Source: an archaeon GW2011_AR10
GTDB taxonomy: Archaea; Iainarchaeota; Iainarchaeia; Iainarchaeales; GW2011-AR10
Reading direction: 5' to 3'
DNA: 32,000 nucleotides
Assembly (NCBI GenBank): GCA_000830275.1
Contig: CP010424.1
Span: 360,001 to 392,000 of the forward strand
In this document: in pieces, positions 1 to 9,114 of the stretch
How the letters are laid out: the number at the start of each line of letters is the position of its first letter
Position numbering within the stretch: position 1 is the stretch's first letter
Notes under the pieces: model-generated
The model's database searches: none
The model's input: only the letters and a program-made list of their open reading frames with translations
Told to the model about the DNA's origin: nothing
Translations under genes and position numbers: made by a program

Positions 1-1026
1 GAAATTCCTGCGCGGTTAAAAAAAAGGCCTGTTGGAAACAAGTATGCCATCATTACTGACTCAAACATTAGGAGCTCTTATGGGAAAAAATTCCTTGCTT
101 TGATGAAGAGAAGCGGTTTAAGGTGCTGTCTTCTTTCTTTCCCGGCTGGAGAAAAGCACAAAACTCTTGCAACAGTTGAATCACTTCAAAACCAGATGCT
201 TGAAAACGGCATTGACAGGAAATCAGCGGTCATTGCTTTAGGCGGGGGAGTAGTTGGGGATGCGGCTGGTTTTGCTGCCGGAACTTACATGAGGGGCATT
301 CCGTTCATTCAGGTTCCGACATCACTGCTTGCAATGGTTGACTCAAGCATTGGAGGGAAAGTTGGAGTAAACCTTGCAAAGGGAAAAAACAGTTGTGGAT
401 TGTTTTCGCAGCCTAAGATGGTTTTCTCGGATGTTTCGCTGCTGAAATCACTGCCTAAGCGGGAGCTGCGCAACGGCTTGGCAGAGGCAATAAAACACGC
501 AGTAATCGCTGACAAAAATCACTTTTATTTCATTGAACAGAACAAGGAAAAAATAATTGGAGCAGATGCCACAACTTTGACTGAACTTATTAAGAGAAGC
601 TGCGAGATCAAGGCAGGCATTGTTGAAATTGACGAGCGGGAGCAGAACTTTAGGAAAATTGTAAATTATGGGCACACGGTAGGCCATGCAATTGAAGTCT
701 TAACAAAATTCAGGGAGTTCTCTCATGGCGAGGCCATTGCAATTGGAATGGCTGCAGAGGGAAGGCTGGCAGTGGATTCCAGGTTTCTAACGGAGAGAGA
801 GCTGTACAGGCAGAACAAGCTTCTTGAGGATTTCGGGTTCAATATTGGCCTTCCGAAAATCAGGCCTGAAGTGCTTGTTAAGGAAATGCGGAAAGACAAA
901 AAGGCTGTAAGCGGGAAAATACAGTTTGCTTTGCCTTCAGGGATTGGCAGAATGAAATCCGTTGCCGGCAACTTTGGCTTAAAGCTGAATGAAAAAGATG
1001 TGCTGAAAGTTTTGAGGGCGCTGTAA
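1..1026 (+). CDS. aroB: 3-dehydroquinate synthase, 5' end outside the window
   Basis: Frame 1 is open from base 1 (EIPARLKKRPVGNKYAIITDSN...), so the listed start at 100 is internal. AroB signatures are present: GGGVVGDAAGFAAGTYMRGIPFIQVPTSLLAMVDSSIGGKVGVN and YGHTVGHAIE...SHGEAIAIGM. Confidence 0.9.
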   Translation, partial: EIPARLKKRPVGNKYAIITDSNIRSSYGKKFLALMKRSGLRCCLLSFPAGEKHKTLATVESLQNQMLENGIDRKSAVIALGGGVVGDAAGFAAGTYMRGIPFIQVPTSLLAMVDSSIGGKVGVNLAKGKNSCGLFSQPKMVFSDVSLLKSLPKRELRNGLAEAIKHAVIADKNHFYFIEQNKEKIIGADATTLTELIKRSCEIKAGIVEIDEREQNFRKIVNYGHTVGHAIEVLTKFREFSHGEAIAIGMAAEGRLAVDSRFLTERELYRQNKLLEDFGFNIGLPKIRPEVLVKEMRKDKKAVSGKIQFALPSGIGRMKSVAGNFGLKLNEKDVLKVLRAL

Positions 1027-1027
1027 A

Positions 1028-1720
1028 ATGATATGCATTCCGATAACCGATGAAAGCATGAGGGGGGCTTTGGCAGACATAAGGGAAGCCGGCAAAATAG
1101 CTGATGTACTGGAGCTAAGGCTAGACTATATCAAGGGGCTGAATGAAAAAGCCTTGAAGGAATTAGTTTCTGCATCAGAAAAAAAGGTTATTGCAACTGT
1201 TAGGAGAGAAAATGAAGGCGGAAAGTTTAAGGGCACTGAAAGCAAACGGGTTGAGCTGCTTAAGAAAGCCATTAAAGCCGGTGTCCACTTTGTTGACATT
1301 GAATTCGAAATGAATTCAAAGCAGCGCGCCGCACTGCTAAAGTATGCAAAAACCCAGCACGTCAAGGTTATACTGTCGCACCACGACTTTAAGGGAACGC
1401 CTTTTTTTGAAGAACTACTTGAATTGTTTGAGAAAATGTCGAAAGTCAAAGGGGTTTATGCGTTGAAGATTGCCACTTATGCCAGAACGCATGAGGATAA
1501 TTCCCTTATTTTCAGGCTGCTTAGAGTGGCAAGAAAGAAAAATAGAAGGCTCATTAGTTTCAGTATGGGCGCCCTTGGAAGAGACTCCAGAATTCTTTCA
1601 CTGCCACTTGGGAGTTACCTTACATTCGGCAGCCTTGCATCAGGCAAGGAATCAGCTGAAGGCCAGATTGAAGCAAAGGAACTGAAGAAGATTTACTCTG
1701 GGTTGAAGGTGATGATTTGA
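1028..1720 (+). CDS. aroD: 3-dehydroquinate dehydratase, type I
   Basis: 230 aa with ELRLDY, VILSHHDF, ALKIATYA (Schiff-base Lys region) and SFSMGALGRDSRIL. It starts 1 nt after the aroB stop, with a GAGGG Shine-Dalgarno-like element upstream. Confidence 0.88.
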   Translation: MICIPITDESMRGALADIREAGKIADVLELRLDYIKGLNEKALKELVSASEKKVIATVRRENEGGKFKGTESKRVELLKKAIKAGVHFVDIEFEMNSKQRAALLKYAKTQHVKVILSHHDFKGTPFFEELLELFEKMSKVKGVYALKIATYARTHEDNSLIFRLLRVARKKNRRLISFSMGALGRDSRILSLPLGSYLTFGSLASGKESAEGQIEAKELKKIYSGLKVMI

Positions 1721-2538
1721 TTGACTCAAAAACCAGGCTTTTTTGCCTTATTGGAAATCCTGTTGAGCACTCTCTCAGTCCTGCAATGCACAATGCTGCA
1801 TTCAAGGCAATAGGCATGAATGCGGTTTACCTCGCATTTAGCGTAAGGAATGCAAAGCATGGCTTCAACTCACTGAAAGAATTAGGCTTTTATGGCGGGA
1901 ATGTAACTATGCCATTAAAGCAGAACATTATTGGGCACCTTGACGTGGTTGACCCCACAGCAAAAAAAATTGGCGCAGTAAACACAATTGCACTGAAAAA
2001 TAATAGGTACACTGGCTTTAACACTGATGGCATTGGAGCAAGAAATGCGCTGAAAAAGGTAACGGAACTTGACGGGAAAAACGTGCTACTTTTTGGTGCT
2101 GGTGGAGCCGCCAGAGCAATCAGTTTCTATTTAAAGCAGGAAGGAGCAGAACTCACAATTTTGGACAAGGATTTTCTTAAGGCCAAGAACTTGGCGAGAC
2201 TCGTTGACTCAAAGCACATGAATATTAAGAAAATTTCTGAAGTGGCAGTGGATGTTTTGATAAATGCCACTCCTGTCGGGATGAAGCCATTTCAGAATAA
2301 AATGATTGTTTCAAGGGAGTTCCTGAAAAAAGAAATGGTGGTTTTTGACATAGTATATGAGCCGGTTGAAACAAAGCTGCTGTCAGTTGCAAAATCGGTT
2401 GGCTGCACAACAGTTAACGGCATTGAAATGCTGTTAGAGCAGGGGTTTGCATCGTTTGAGATTTTTACCGGTTATAAGGCTCCCGAGCTAATTATGAGGG
2501 AAGTCGTGTTAAACGCAATAAATTCAAGGGCTGATTGA
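1717..2538 (+). CDS. aroE: shikimate 5-dehydrogenase
   Basis: LIGNPVEHSLSPAMHNAAF near the N-terminus and a GAGGAARA dinucleotide-binding loop. There is a 4-nt ATGA overlap with aroD. Confidence 0.9.
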   Translation: MIDSKTRLFCLIGNPVEHSLSPAMHNAAFKAIGMNAVYLAFSVRNAKHGFNSLKELGFYGGNVTMPLKQNIIGHLDVVDPTAKKIGAVNTIALKNNRYTGFNTDGIGARNALKKVTELDGKNVLLFGAGGAARAISFYLKQEGAELTILDKDFLKAKNLARLVDSKHMNIKKISEVAVDVLINATPVGMKPFQNKMIVSREFLKKEMVVFDIVYEPVETKLLSVAKSVGCTTVNGIEMLLEQGFASFEIFTGYKAPELIMREVVLNAINSRAD

Positions 2539-2539
2539 C

Positions 2540-3613
2540 TTGACTGGGAACTGCTTTGGAAATTTGTTTAAAATAACCACTTTTGGTGAAAGCCATGGAA
2601 GGGCAATTGGCGTTGTAATTGACGGCTGTCCAGCTGGCCTGGAATTGAGCGAAAAAGACATCCAGAAAGAACTTGACCGAAGGAGACCAGGGCAAAACAG
2701 AATTGTATCTCCAAGGAAAGAGGAAGACAAAGCAGAGGTTCTCTCCGGCGTTTTCAAGGGAAAAACAACTGGCACTCCAATTGCCTTGCTTGTGTTCAAT
2801 AGGGATGCTGACTCAAGCAAATATGAAAAAATAAAAAATGTTTTCAGGCCAGGCCACGCAGATTTTACTTATTTTCAGAAATATGGCTTTAGAGACTATC
2901 GGGGCGGCGGCCGGAGTTCCGCAAGAGAAACCGTTGCAAGAGTTGCCGCAGGTGCGGTCGCAAAAAAATTATTGAAAAAGTTTGGCATTGAAGTTCTGGC
3001 TTATACGGTTGAAATTGCCGGGGTTAAATCTAAATCTTTTAATAGAAAAGTGATTGAAAAAAATTTGGTCAGGGCAGCTGATTTGAAAGCAGCAAAGGAA
3101 ATGGAGGAAGCAATTTTTAGTGCGCGTGAGCAAAACGATTCTGTTGGGGGCATAATTGAAGTGAAAGCAACTGGTGTTCCTGCAGGGTTAGGGGAGCCTG
3201 TTTTTGACAGGCTTGATGCAGTAATTTCTTACGCATTGATGAGCCTGCCGGCAGTGAAGGGTGTGGAGATAGGTGCTGGTTTTGAGGCGGCGAGAATGAC
3301 TGGAAGCCAAGACAACGACTTAATGCTTTACAGCAAAAAATCAAAAAAGTTTGAGTTCAAGTCAAACAATGCAGGGGGCATTCTTGGGGGAATTTCAAGC
3401 GGCGGAGAAATTGTAGCCAGAATTGCAATCAAGCCGCCTTCCTCAATTAAAAGAGAGCAAAAGGCATTAACTGTTGAAGGAAAAGAGGTAAAACTTAAGG
3501 TTGAGGGAAGGCATGATCCCTGTGTTGTTCCCCGCGCAGTTCCGATTGTTGAAGCAATGGTGGCCTTGGTTTTGGCTGACTTCTTTCTAATACAAAAAAC
3601 AAGAAAACTCTGA
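2540..3613 (+). CDS. aroC: chorismate synthase
   Basis: [27 protein letters not shown] and [13 protein letters not shown] are present. There is no in-frame ATG before the conserved N-terminus, so the start is probably the TTG at 2540, 1 nt after the aroE stop. Confidence 0.9.
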   Translation: MTGNCFGNLFKITTFGESHGRAIGVVIDGCPAGLELSEKDIQKELDRRRPGQNRIVSPRKEEDKAEVLSGVFKGKTTGTPIALLVFNRDADSSKYEKIKNVFRPGHADFTYFQKYGFRDYRGGGRSSARETVARVAAGAVAKKLLKKFGIEVLAYTVEIAGVKSKSFNRKVIEKNLVRAADLKAAKEMEEAIFSAREQNDSVGGIIEVKATGVPAGLGEPVFDRLDAVISYALMSLPAVKGVEIGAGFEAARMTGSQDNDLMLYSKKSKKFEFKSNNAGGILGGISSGGEIVARIAIKPPSSIKREQKALTVEGKEVKLKVEGRHDPCVVPRAVPIVEAMVALVLADFFLIQKTRKL

Positions 3614-3721
3614 AAGTTAACAAACCCAACAAAGGCCCGTAGCTTTTGTTCCGTTTACGGAATCAGACATCCTGGTTTCATCAATAGGGAAACCGCACAC
3701 TTTCGTGTGCAAAGGGTGTCA

Positions 3722-3731
3722 TTTAAAATAT
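3722..3731 (+). promoter_or_regulatory. TATA-like box (tttaaaatat) about 25 nt upstream of the ATG at 3752
   Basis: This AT-rich octamer-like element is centred about 25-27 nt before the first ATG of the membrane-protein ORF. That spacing fits an archaeal promoter with a leaderless or very short-leader mRNA. Confidence 0.45.
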
Positions 3732-3751
3732 TTTTTCATTACACTATTGTT

Positions 3752-4168
3752 ATGGTTTCAGTTGGAAGAGCAGTGGCTTCAACTGTTGCTGCAGGGCTGG
3801 CATTGCTTATTCTCTCATTTGTTGTGAGCGGGATTTTTGGCTTTATTTTTACTGATTATAATGTTTTAGAGCTTGATGGCATGAGGTCAACTGATGATCC
3901 CCTAATGATATTTTACTTCATTCACCCGTTTTTTGCTGCACTTGTTTATTCAGTTGGGTTCTACCTTATAAAAAGCTCATTCAGCGGCAGTACTGTAATG
4001 AAAGGAATTCGCTTTGGTTTGTTTTTGTTTCTTGTTGTTACTCTTCCAAGCCAGTTTCTTGTCTTCAGTTCAATGGATTATCCTCCGGCATTTTATGTGA
4101 TTAACTTGGCAACCAGCATTATAGCTTTGCCTGTTGCCGGAATAATTATTGCTAAAATAATAAAATAA
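3752..4168 (+). CDS. hypothetical integral membrane protein (about 4 TM helices)
   Basis: The ORF is listed from a GTG at 3707. The first ATG (3752, MVSVGRAV...) sits at the right distance from the TATA-like box. The protein has hydrophobic segments throughout and no motif I recognise. Confidence 0.6.
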   Translation: MVSVGRAVASTVAAGLALLILSFVVSGIFGFIFTDYNVLELDGMRSTDDPLMIFYFIHPFFAALVYSVGFYLIKSSFSGSTVMKGIRFGLFLFLVVTLPSQFLVFSSMDYPPAFYVINLATSIIALPVAGIIIAKIIK

Positions 4169-4196
4169 TTTCATTTAATTTTTTTGGTGTGGTTTA

Positions 4197-4763
4197 ATGG
4201 TTTTGACACCGTCATATTACAAAATGCTTCAAACAGGGGCTATTGCGCCTGATTTTTCACTTAAAAATGTTATTGATGGCTCAACAGTTAATCTTGGTAA
4301 GATTAAGGGAAAAAAAGGCTATTTGATTATTTTCATGTGCAACCACTGCCCTTATGTTAAGCCAAAAATGGGATTCATTAATGAGCTTTCAAAAAAATAT
4401 TCTTCGAAAGGCCTCCAAGTAATAGGCGTGAGTTCCAATGACCCTGCAGAATATTCCGAGGACAGCCCGGAAAACATGAAAAAGGTTGCTAAAGAAAAAG
4501 GTTTCTCGTTCCCTTATTTGTTTGATGAAACACAGGAAATTGCAAAAGCTTACGGTGCAAGCTGCACTCCTGATCCTTTTCTTTTTGATGCACAAAAGAA
4601 ACTTGTATATCACGGCAGAGTTGATGACGCCCACGGCAAGCAGCACTCAGAAGCGCGCACAAACGAACTTGAGGAAGCTGTAAAGGAACTTCTTTTAGCA
4701 GGAAAAGTTACGGTCAAGGAAGAGCCCTCGCTGGGTTGCAGTATCAAATGGAAAAAAGCATAA
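4197..4763 (+). CDS. thioredoxin-fold, peroxiredoxin-like (AhpC/TSA-type) protein with a CxxC motif
   Basis: APDFSLKN...GKKGYLIIFMCNHCPYVKP has the redoxin-type N-terminal layout with a CPYV-type CxxC. GVSSND and CTPDPFLF are also typical of PRX-like thioredoxin-fold proteins. Confidence 0.7.
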   Translation: MVLTPSYYKMLQTGAIAPDFSLKNVIDGSTVNLGKIKGKKGYLIIFMCNHCPYVKPKMGFINELSKKYSSKGLQVIGVSSNDPAEYSEDSPENMKKVAKEKGFSFPYLFDETQEIAKAYGASCTPDPFLFDAQKKLVYHGRVDDAHGKQHSEARTNELEEAVKELLLAGKVTVKEEPSLGCSIKWKKA

Positions 4764-4764
4764 A

Positions 4765-7700
4765 TTATACATAATGTTCCCAGGGCTCTATTTCTAGCTC
4801 GGAAAGGTTTCGCTTCAGAATTGATTCAATGAAGAGTTTTGCCAGTTGAAGGTTAGTGATCAATGGAACTGAGTGGTCAACTGCAAGCCTTCTTAAGTCA
4901 TAGTTTTTGTCCAAGTCAATCTGCTTTAATGGGTTGGGAACAGAGATAACAAGGTCTAGTTTCTTTTGCCCAAGCAAATCCGATACATTGGGCTTCTTGT
5001 TTTCATGCATTTTGTGAACTAGCTCGACTTTTATGCCATTACTCTGATAAAATAACGCTGTGTGTTCAGTGCCGTAAAGCTTGTAGCCTGCTTTGAAAAG
5101 GCCTTTAACCTCCTCTAGCACCTTATACCTGTTCTCATCTCCTGAAAGGGAAATAAGAATATTTTTTTCAGGCAGTTTAAAGCCCGTTGAAAGCAGGGCC
5201 TTAAGGAAAGCGTCTTCAAGGTCCCTTCCAATGCACGCAACCTCTCCGGTTGAAGCCATTTCAACTCCTGATATTGGGTCAGCGCCCCTCAGCCTTGTGA
5301 ACGAAAACTGTGGTGCCTTAACTCCAACCCTGTCCAGCTCTAGGCTTGAAGAATTAACTGCACTTGTTTTCTCCCCCATAATGGCATTGGTTGCAATTTC
5401 AATGAAATCTGTTCCAATTACCTTTGAAACAAACGGAAAACTCCGGCTTGCGCGAAGATTGCACTCAATTACCCTAACATTATTGTCTTTCGCAATGAAT
5501 TGTATGTTGAAGGGCCCCCTAATAGAAAGCGCCACAGCAATTTTTTCTGCTATCTGCTTCATCTGCCTCATTGTTTCAAGGTATGTTCTCTGGGGCGGCA
5601 AAACCATTGTTGCATCCCCTGAGTGAACGCCAGCATTCTCTATGTGCTCGGTCATGGCCCAGCACAGCAGCTTTCCGTTATCAGCAACTGCATCAATTTC
5701 TGTTTCGCGTGCATTCAAGATAAACTTGCTTATCACAACAGGGTAATCCTTTGAAAGCAGCGTTGCTTCAGAAAGGTAATTCTTTAATTGCTCTGCAGTG
5801 AATGCAACGTTCATTGCCTGCCCTGACAGAACATAAGACGGCCTGACCAAAACAGGAAAGCCTGCCTTTTTCGCAAATTTCAGCGCTTCACTTGAAGAGG
5901 TGAGTTCCTTCCACTCCGGCTGGTCAATGCCAAGCTCATCGCAAAGCCTTGAAAACTTATGGCGGTCTTCTGCGCTGTCAATGCTTTTAGCGCTTGTGCC
6001 AAGTATTTTGACTTTTTGCTCTGAAAGCTTAATCGCGAGATTGTTGGGAATCTGGCCGCCGGTTGAAAGTATGACGCCGACAGGATTTTCTTTTTCATAA
6101 ATGTCCAAAACTGTTTCAAGCGATAGCTCATCAAAGTAAAGCTTGTCGCATATGTCATAATCCGTTGAAACGGTTTCAGGGTTATAGTTCACCATTATAG
6201 TGCTATAGCCGAGTCTCTTAAGCTGTTTGACGCATGAAACGCTGCACCAGTCGAACTCGACGCTGCTGCCAATCCTGTAAGCGCCGGAACCCAAAACCAT
6301 AACTTGTTTTACTCCGGTGAACTCTGCATCGTCGTTTAAACCGTCGTAAGTGAGATAAAGATAATTTGTTTTTGCAGGGTACTCTGCTGCAAGCGTATCA
6401 ATCTGCTTAACAAAAGGCCGAATTCCAAAGCCTTTCCTGTACTCCCTCACAGTAAGCTCTGATTTTTCCCCAACAAGCATTGCAATCTGCTTGTCTGAAA
6501 ACCCAAGCTTTTTGGCATTCAGCAGCTGCTCTTTTGTAATCCTGTCCAGCTTTTTCCCTTTCAGTTCATTTGAGGTTCTTACAACATTCTGCAGCTTGAA
6601 AAGAAACCACTTATCTATGTGAGTTAAACCGTGTATTTTTTCAACAGAATCGCCTCTGATAAGCGAGTTCATTACTGCAAAAACCCTTTCATCTGTAGGA
6701 TACTTTAACTCTTGGCTGAGCTTTTGAAAATATATCTTGTTTCCGACCAACCCATACATTCCTATCTGAAGCATTCTCACTGCCTTCTGCATCGCTTCCT
6801 CAAAGCATCTGCCAATAGCCATTACTTCTCCAACGCTCTTCATTTCACTCCCGATTTTTTTTGAAACGTTCCTGAACTTCTTCAAATCCCACCTTGGAAT
6901 TTTTACGACAATGTAGTCAAGGGCAGGCTCAAAGCAGGACTTTGTCACTTTTGTAATAGAGTTTTCAAGGTCAAGCAAGCTGTAACCCAATCCCAATTTT
7001 GCAGCAACGAATGCAAGCGGATACCCTGTTGCCTTTGAAGCAAGAGCTGAACTCCTTGAAAGCCTGGCATTTACTTCAATAATCCTGTAATCTTCAGAAG
7101 CAGGGTTCAAAGCAAACTGTATATTGCATTCTCCCACAATCCTGAGGTGCCTTATGACTTTGATTGAAATTTCCCTCAGCTTGTGGTATTCCCGATTTGA
7201 AAGAGTCTGCGAGGGCGCCACAACAATGCTTTCGCCGGTGTGAATTCCCATCGGGTCAAAGTTCTCCATGTTGCATACCGTAATGCAGTTGTCAAACCCA
7301 TCTCTCACCACCTCATACTCTATTTCCTTCCAGCCCTCCAAGTATTCCTCTACAAGTATTTGCGGGGACAAAGAAAAAACCCTTCCAGTCAAAGCCTTAA
7401 GTTCTTCAATGTTTTTGACAACCCCTGAACCAGCCCCTCCTAAAGAAAACCCTGCCCTCACAATTAAAGGAAACCCGATTTTGCGCGCAGCTTTCAGTGC
7501 TTCCCTCTGTGAAATGCAAGGAATGCTTTTAGGCACTTTCAATCCAATTGAAGTCAGCTCCTTGTTGAAAAGCGCCCTGTCCTCTGTTTTTTCAATGGCG
7601 TCAACCTGCGTTCCCAAAACAGCCACATTATGTTTTTTAAGCACGCCATTTTTTTCAAGCTCGAGGCCAGCATTCAATGCAGTCTGGCCGCCGAAGGAAA

Positions 7701-7962
7701 GAATTATGCCATCGGGTTTCTCTCTCTCAATCACTTTTTCAACAAAAAAAGGCGTAACAGGAAGAAAGTAAATCCTGTCAGCAAAACCTTTGGAGGTTTG
7801 CACTGTAGCAATATTTGGGTTGATTACAACCACTTCAATCCCCTCTTCTTTGAGAGCCTTGATTGCCTGGCTTCCAGAGTAGTCGAATTCTCCGGCCTGG
7901 CCTATTTGAAGCGCGCCGGAACCAAGCAATAAAACCTTTTTTGGTTTTTTTAGAGATTTCAC
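4765..7962 (-). CDS. carB: carbamoyl-phosphate synthase large subunit
   Basis: 1065 aa with a duplicated ATP-grasp architecture (GSGALQIGQAGEFDYSGSQ and GSGAYRIGSSVEFDWCSV). It has a GTG start with a GGAGG element 7 nt upstream (7970-7974) and a GTGA overlap with the carA stop. Confidence 0.95.
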   Translation of the reverse strand: MKSLKKPKKVLLLGSGALQIGQAGEFDYSGSQAIKALKEEGIEVVVINPNIATVQTSKGFADRIYFLPVTPFFVEKVIEREKPDGIILSFGGQTALNAGLELEKNGVLKKHNVAVLGTQVDAIEKTEDRALFNKELTSIGLKVPKSIPCISQREALKAARKIGFPLIVRAGFSLGGAGSGVVKNIEELKALTGRVFSLSPQILVEEYLEGWKEIEYEVVRDGFDNCITVCNMENFDPMGIHTGESIVVAPSQTLSNREYHKLREISIKVIRHLRIVGECNIQFALNPASEDYRIIEVNARLSRSSALASKATGYPLAFVAAKLGLGYSLLDLENSITKVTKSCFEPALDYIVVKIPRWDLKKFRNVSKKIGSEMKSVGEVMAIGRCFEEAMQKAVRMLQIGMYGLVGNKIYFQKLSQELKYPTDERVFAVMNSLIRGDSVEKIHGLTHIDKWFLFKLQNVVRTSNELKGKKLDRITKEQLLNAKKLGFSDKQIAMLVGEKSELTVREYRKGFGIRPFVKQIDTLAAEYPAKTNYLYLTYDGLNDDAEFTGVKQVMVLGSGAYRIGSSVEFDWCSVSCVKQLKRLGYSTIMVNYNPETVSTDYDICDKLYFDELSLETVLDIYEKENPVGVILSTGGQIPNNLAIKLSEQKVKILGTSAKSIDSAEDRHKFSRLCDELGIDQPEWKELTSSSEALKFAKKAGFPVLVRPSYVLSGQAMNVAFTAEQLKNYLSEATLLSKDYPVVISKFILNARETEIDAVADNGKLLCWAMTEHIENAGVHSGDATMVLPPQRTYLETMRQMKQIAEKIAVALSIRGPFNIQFIAKDNNVRVIECNLRASRSFPFVSKVIGTDFIEIATNAIMGEKTSAVNSSSLELDRVGVKAPQFSFTRLRGADPISGVEMASTGEVACIGRDLEDAFLKALLSTGFKLPEKNILISLSGDENRYKVLEEVKGLFKAGYKLYGTEHTALFYQSNGIKVELVHKMHENKKPNVSDLLGQKKLDLVISVPNPLKQIDLDKNYDLRRLAVDHSVPLITNLQLAKLFIESILKRNLSELEIEPWEHYV

Positions 7963-9041
7963 TTCAATTCCTCCAAGAATTCGTCAAACAAAAAACCGCA
8001 ATCTGTTGGGCCTGGGGTTGCTTCAGGATGGAACTGAACTGACATGAACGGCTTGCGCTTATGGCGAATTCCCTCATTGCTCCCGTCATTTGCATTCCTG
8101 AACCATTCCATCCAGCCGGCTGGCAGGCTTTTTGCATCAACCGCATAACCATGGTTTTGGCTTGTGATAAAGCACTGCTTTGTTCCAACAAGCTCTGCCG
8201 GCTGGTTTTGGCTTCGATGACCATATTTCAGCTTATAAGTGTTGGCGCCTGCAGCCAATGCAAGAACCTGGTTTCCAAGGCAGATTCCAAAGGTTGGAAT
8301 TTCTTGCTCCAATGCTTTGGCAGCATTCCTGATTGTTGCCTGCACTGTTTTTGGGTCGCCGGGACCGTTGCTGATCAATAAACCGTCAAAGTCAAATTCT
8401 CCGTCGAATGGATTAAAATCCCAAGGCACCCTGATTACCTGAACCTTTCTTTCAAGCAGGCACCTTACAATGTTGCCTTTTGCCCCGCAGTCAACAAGCA
8501 TTACTTTTTTCCCTTTCTCGCCATAGACAACAGGCGAAGAAACGCTTACCTCCTGCACCAAATTCCTTTTGTTTGGGTCAACAATAGCTAAGTCTTGGCC
8601 ACTGAAGACGATTTTTCCAAGCATTACGCCTTTTTCCCTCAGCTTCTGGGTTAATGCCCTCGTATCAATTCCAGTTAATGCAGGAATGCTTTCAGATTTA
8701 AGCCATTCAGCTAGCGAGGAAACAGAATTCCAATGATTGTGCTGAAAAGAGTAATTGCTTACAATCAGCCCGGAAACCTGGATTTTGTCTGACTCGAAGA
8801 ACTCAAGCAGCTGATTGGTTTTATTTTTTGGAGGAACCCCATAGTTTCCAATTAATGGATAGGAGAGGACCAAAATTTGGCCCCTGTAGCTTGGGTCACT
8901 AAGGCTTTCAGGGTAACCAACCATTCCAGTATTGAAAACCACTTCACCGCTAATGCTTTTCTCAGCACCAAAAGACAAACCTTCAAAAACAGAGCCGTCC
9001 TCAAGAATTAGTTCAGCTTTTTTAGGCAAAAATTTGGGCAT
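7959..9041 (-). CDS. carA: carbamoyl-phosphate synthase small (glutaminase) subunit
   Basis: GVPPKN..., the class I GATase motif FGICLGNQVLALA (catalytic Cys), GHRSQNQP and SVQFHPEA. It lies immediately upstream of carB and is translationally coupled to it. Confidence 0.93.
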   Translation of the reverse strand: MPKFLPKKAELILEDGSVFEGLSFGAEKSISGEVVFNTGMVGYPESLSDPSYRGQILVLSYPLIGNYGVPPKNKTNQLLEFFESDKIQVSGLIVSNYSFQHNHWNSVSSLAEWLKSESIPALTGIDTRALTQKLREKGVMLGKIVFSGQDLAIVDPNKRNLVQEVSVSSPVVYGEKGKKVMLVDCGAKGNIVRCLLERKVQVIRVPWDFNPFDGEFDFDGLLISNGPGDPKTVQATIRNAAKALEQEIPTFGICLGNQVLALAAGANTYKLKYGHRSQNQPAELVGTKQCFITSQNHGYAVDAKSLPAGWMEWFRNANDGSNEGIRHKRKPFMSVQFHPEATPGPTDCGFLFDEFLEELK

Positions 9042-9114
9042 TCTAAAAAAAAATTTATGGAAGGGACAGCTTTTAAAGTTATTCCCGCAGGATAAAAACC
9101 ACGCACAGTATTGT

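Noticed and set aside
3695-3710. A 6-bp hairpin (gcacac-tttc-gtgtgc) downstream of aroC.
   Set aside because: The stem is short and has no adjacent T-tract on the relevant strand. It overlaps the spurious GTG-extended start of the next ORF, so I judged it insufficient for a terminator call.
5093-5626. A 177-aa plus-strand ORF inside carB, with similar antisense ORFs at 5900-6100, 7268-7771 and 7630-7932.
   Set aside because: These are shadow ORFs antisense to a confidently identified, motif-rich carB. Their translations are low-complexity and Ser/Leu-rich, with no recognisable motifs.
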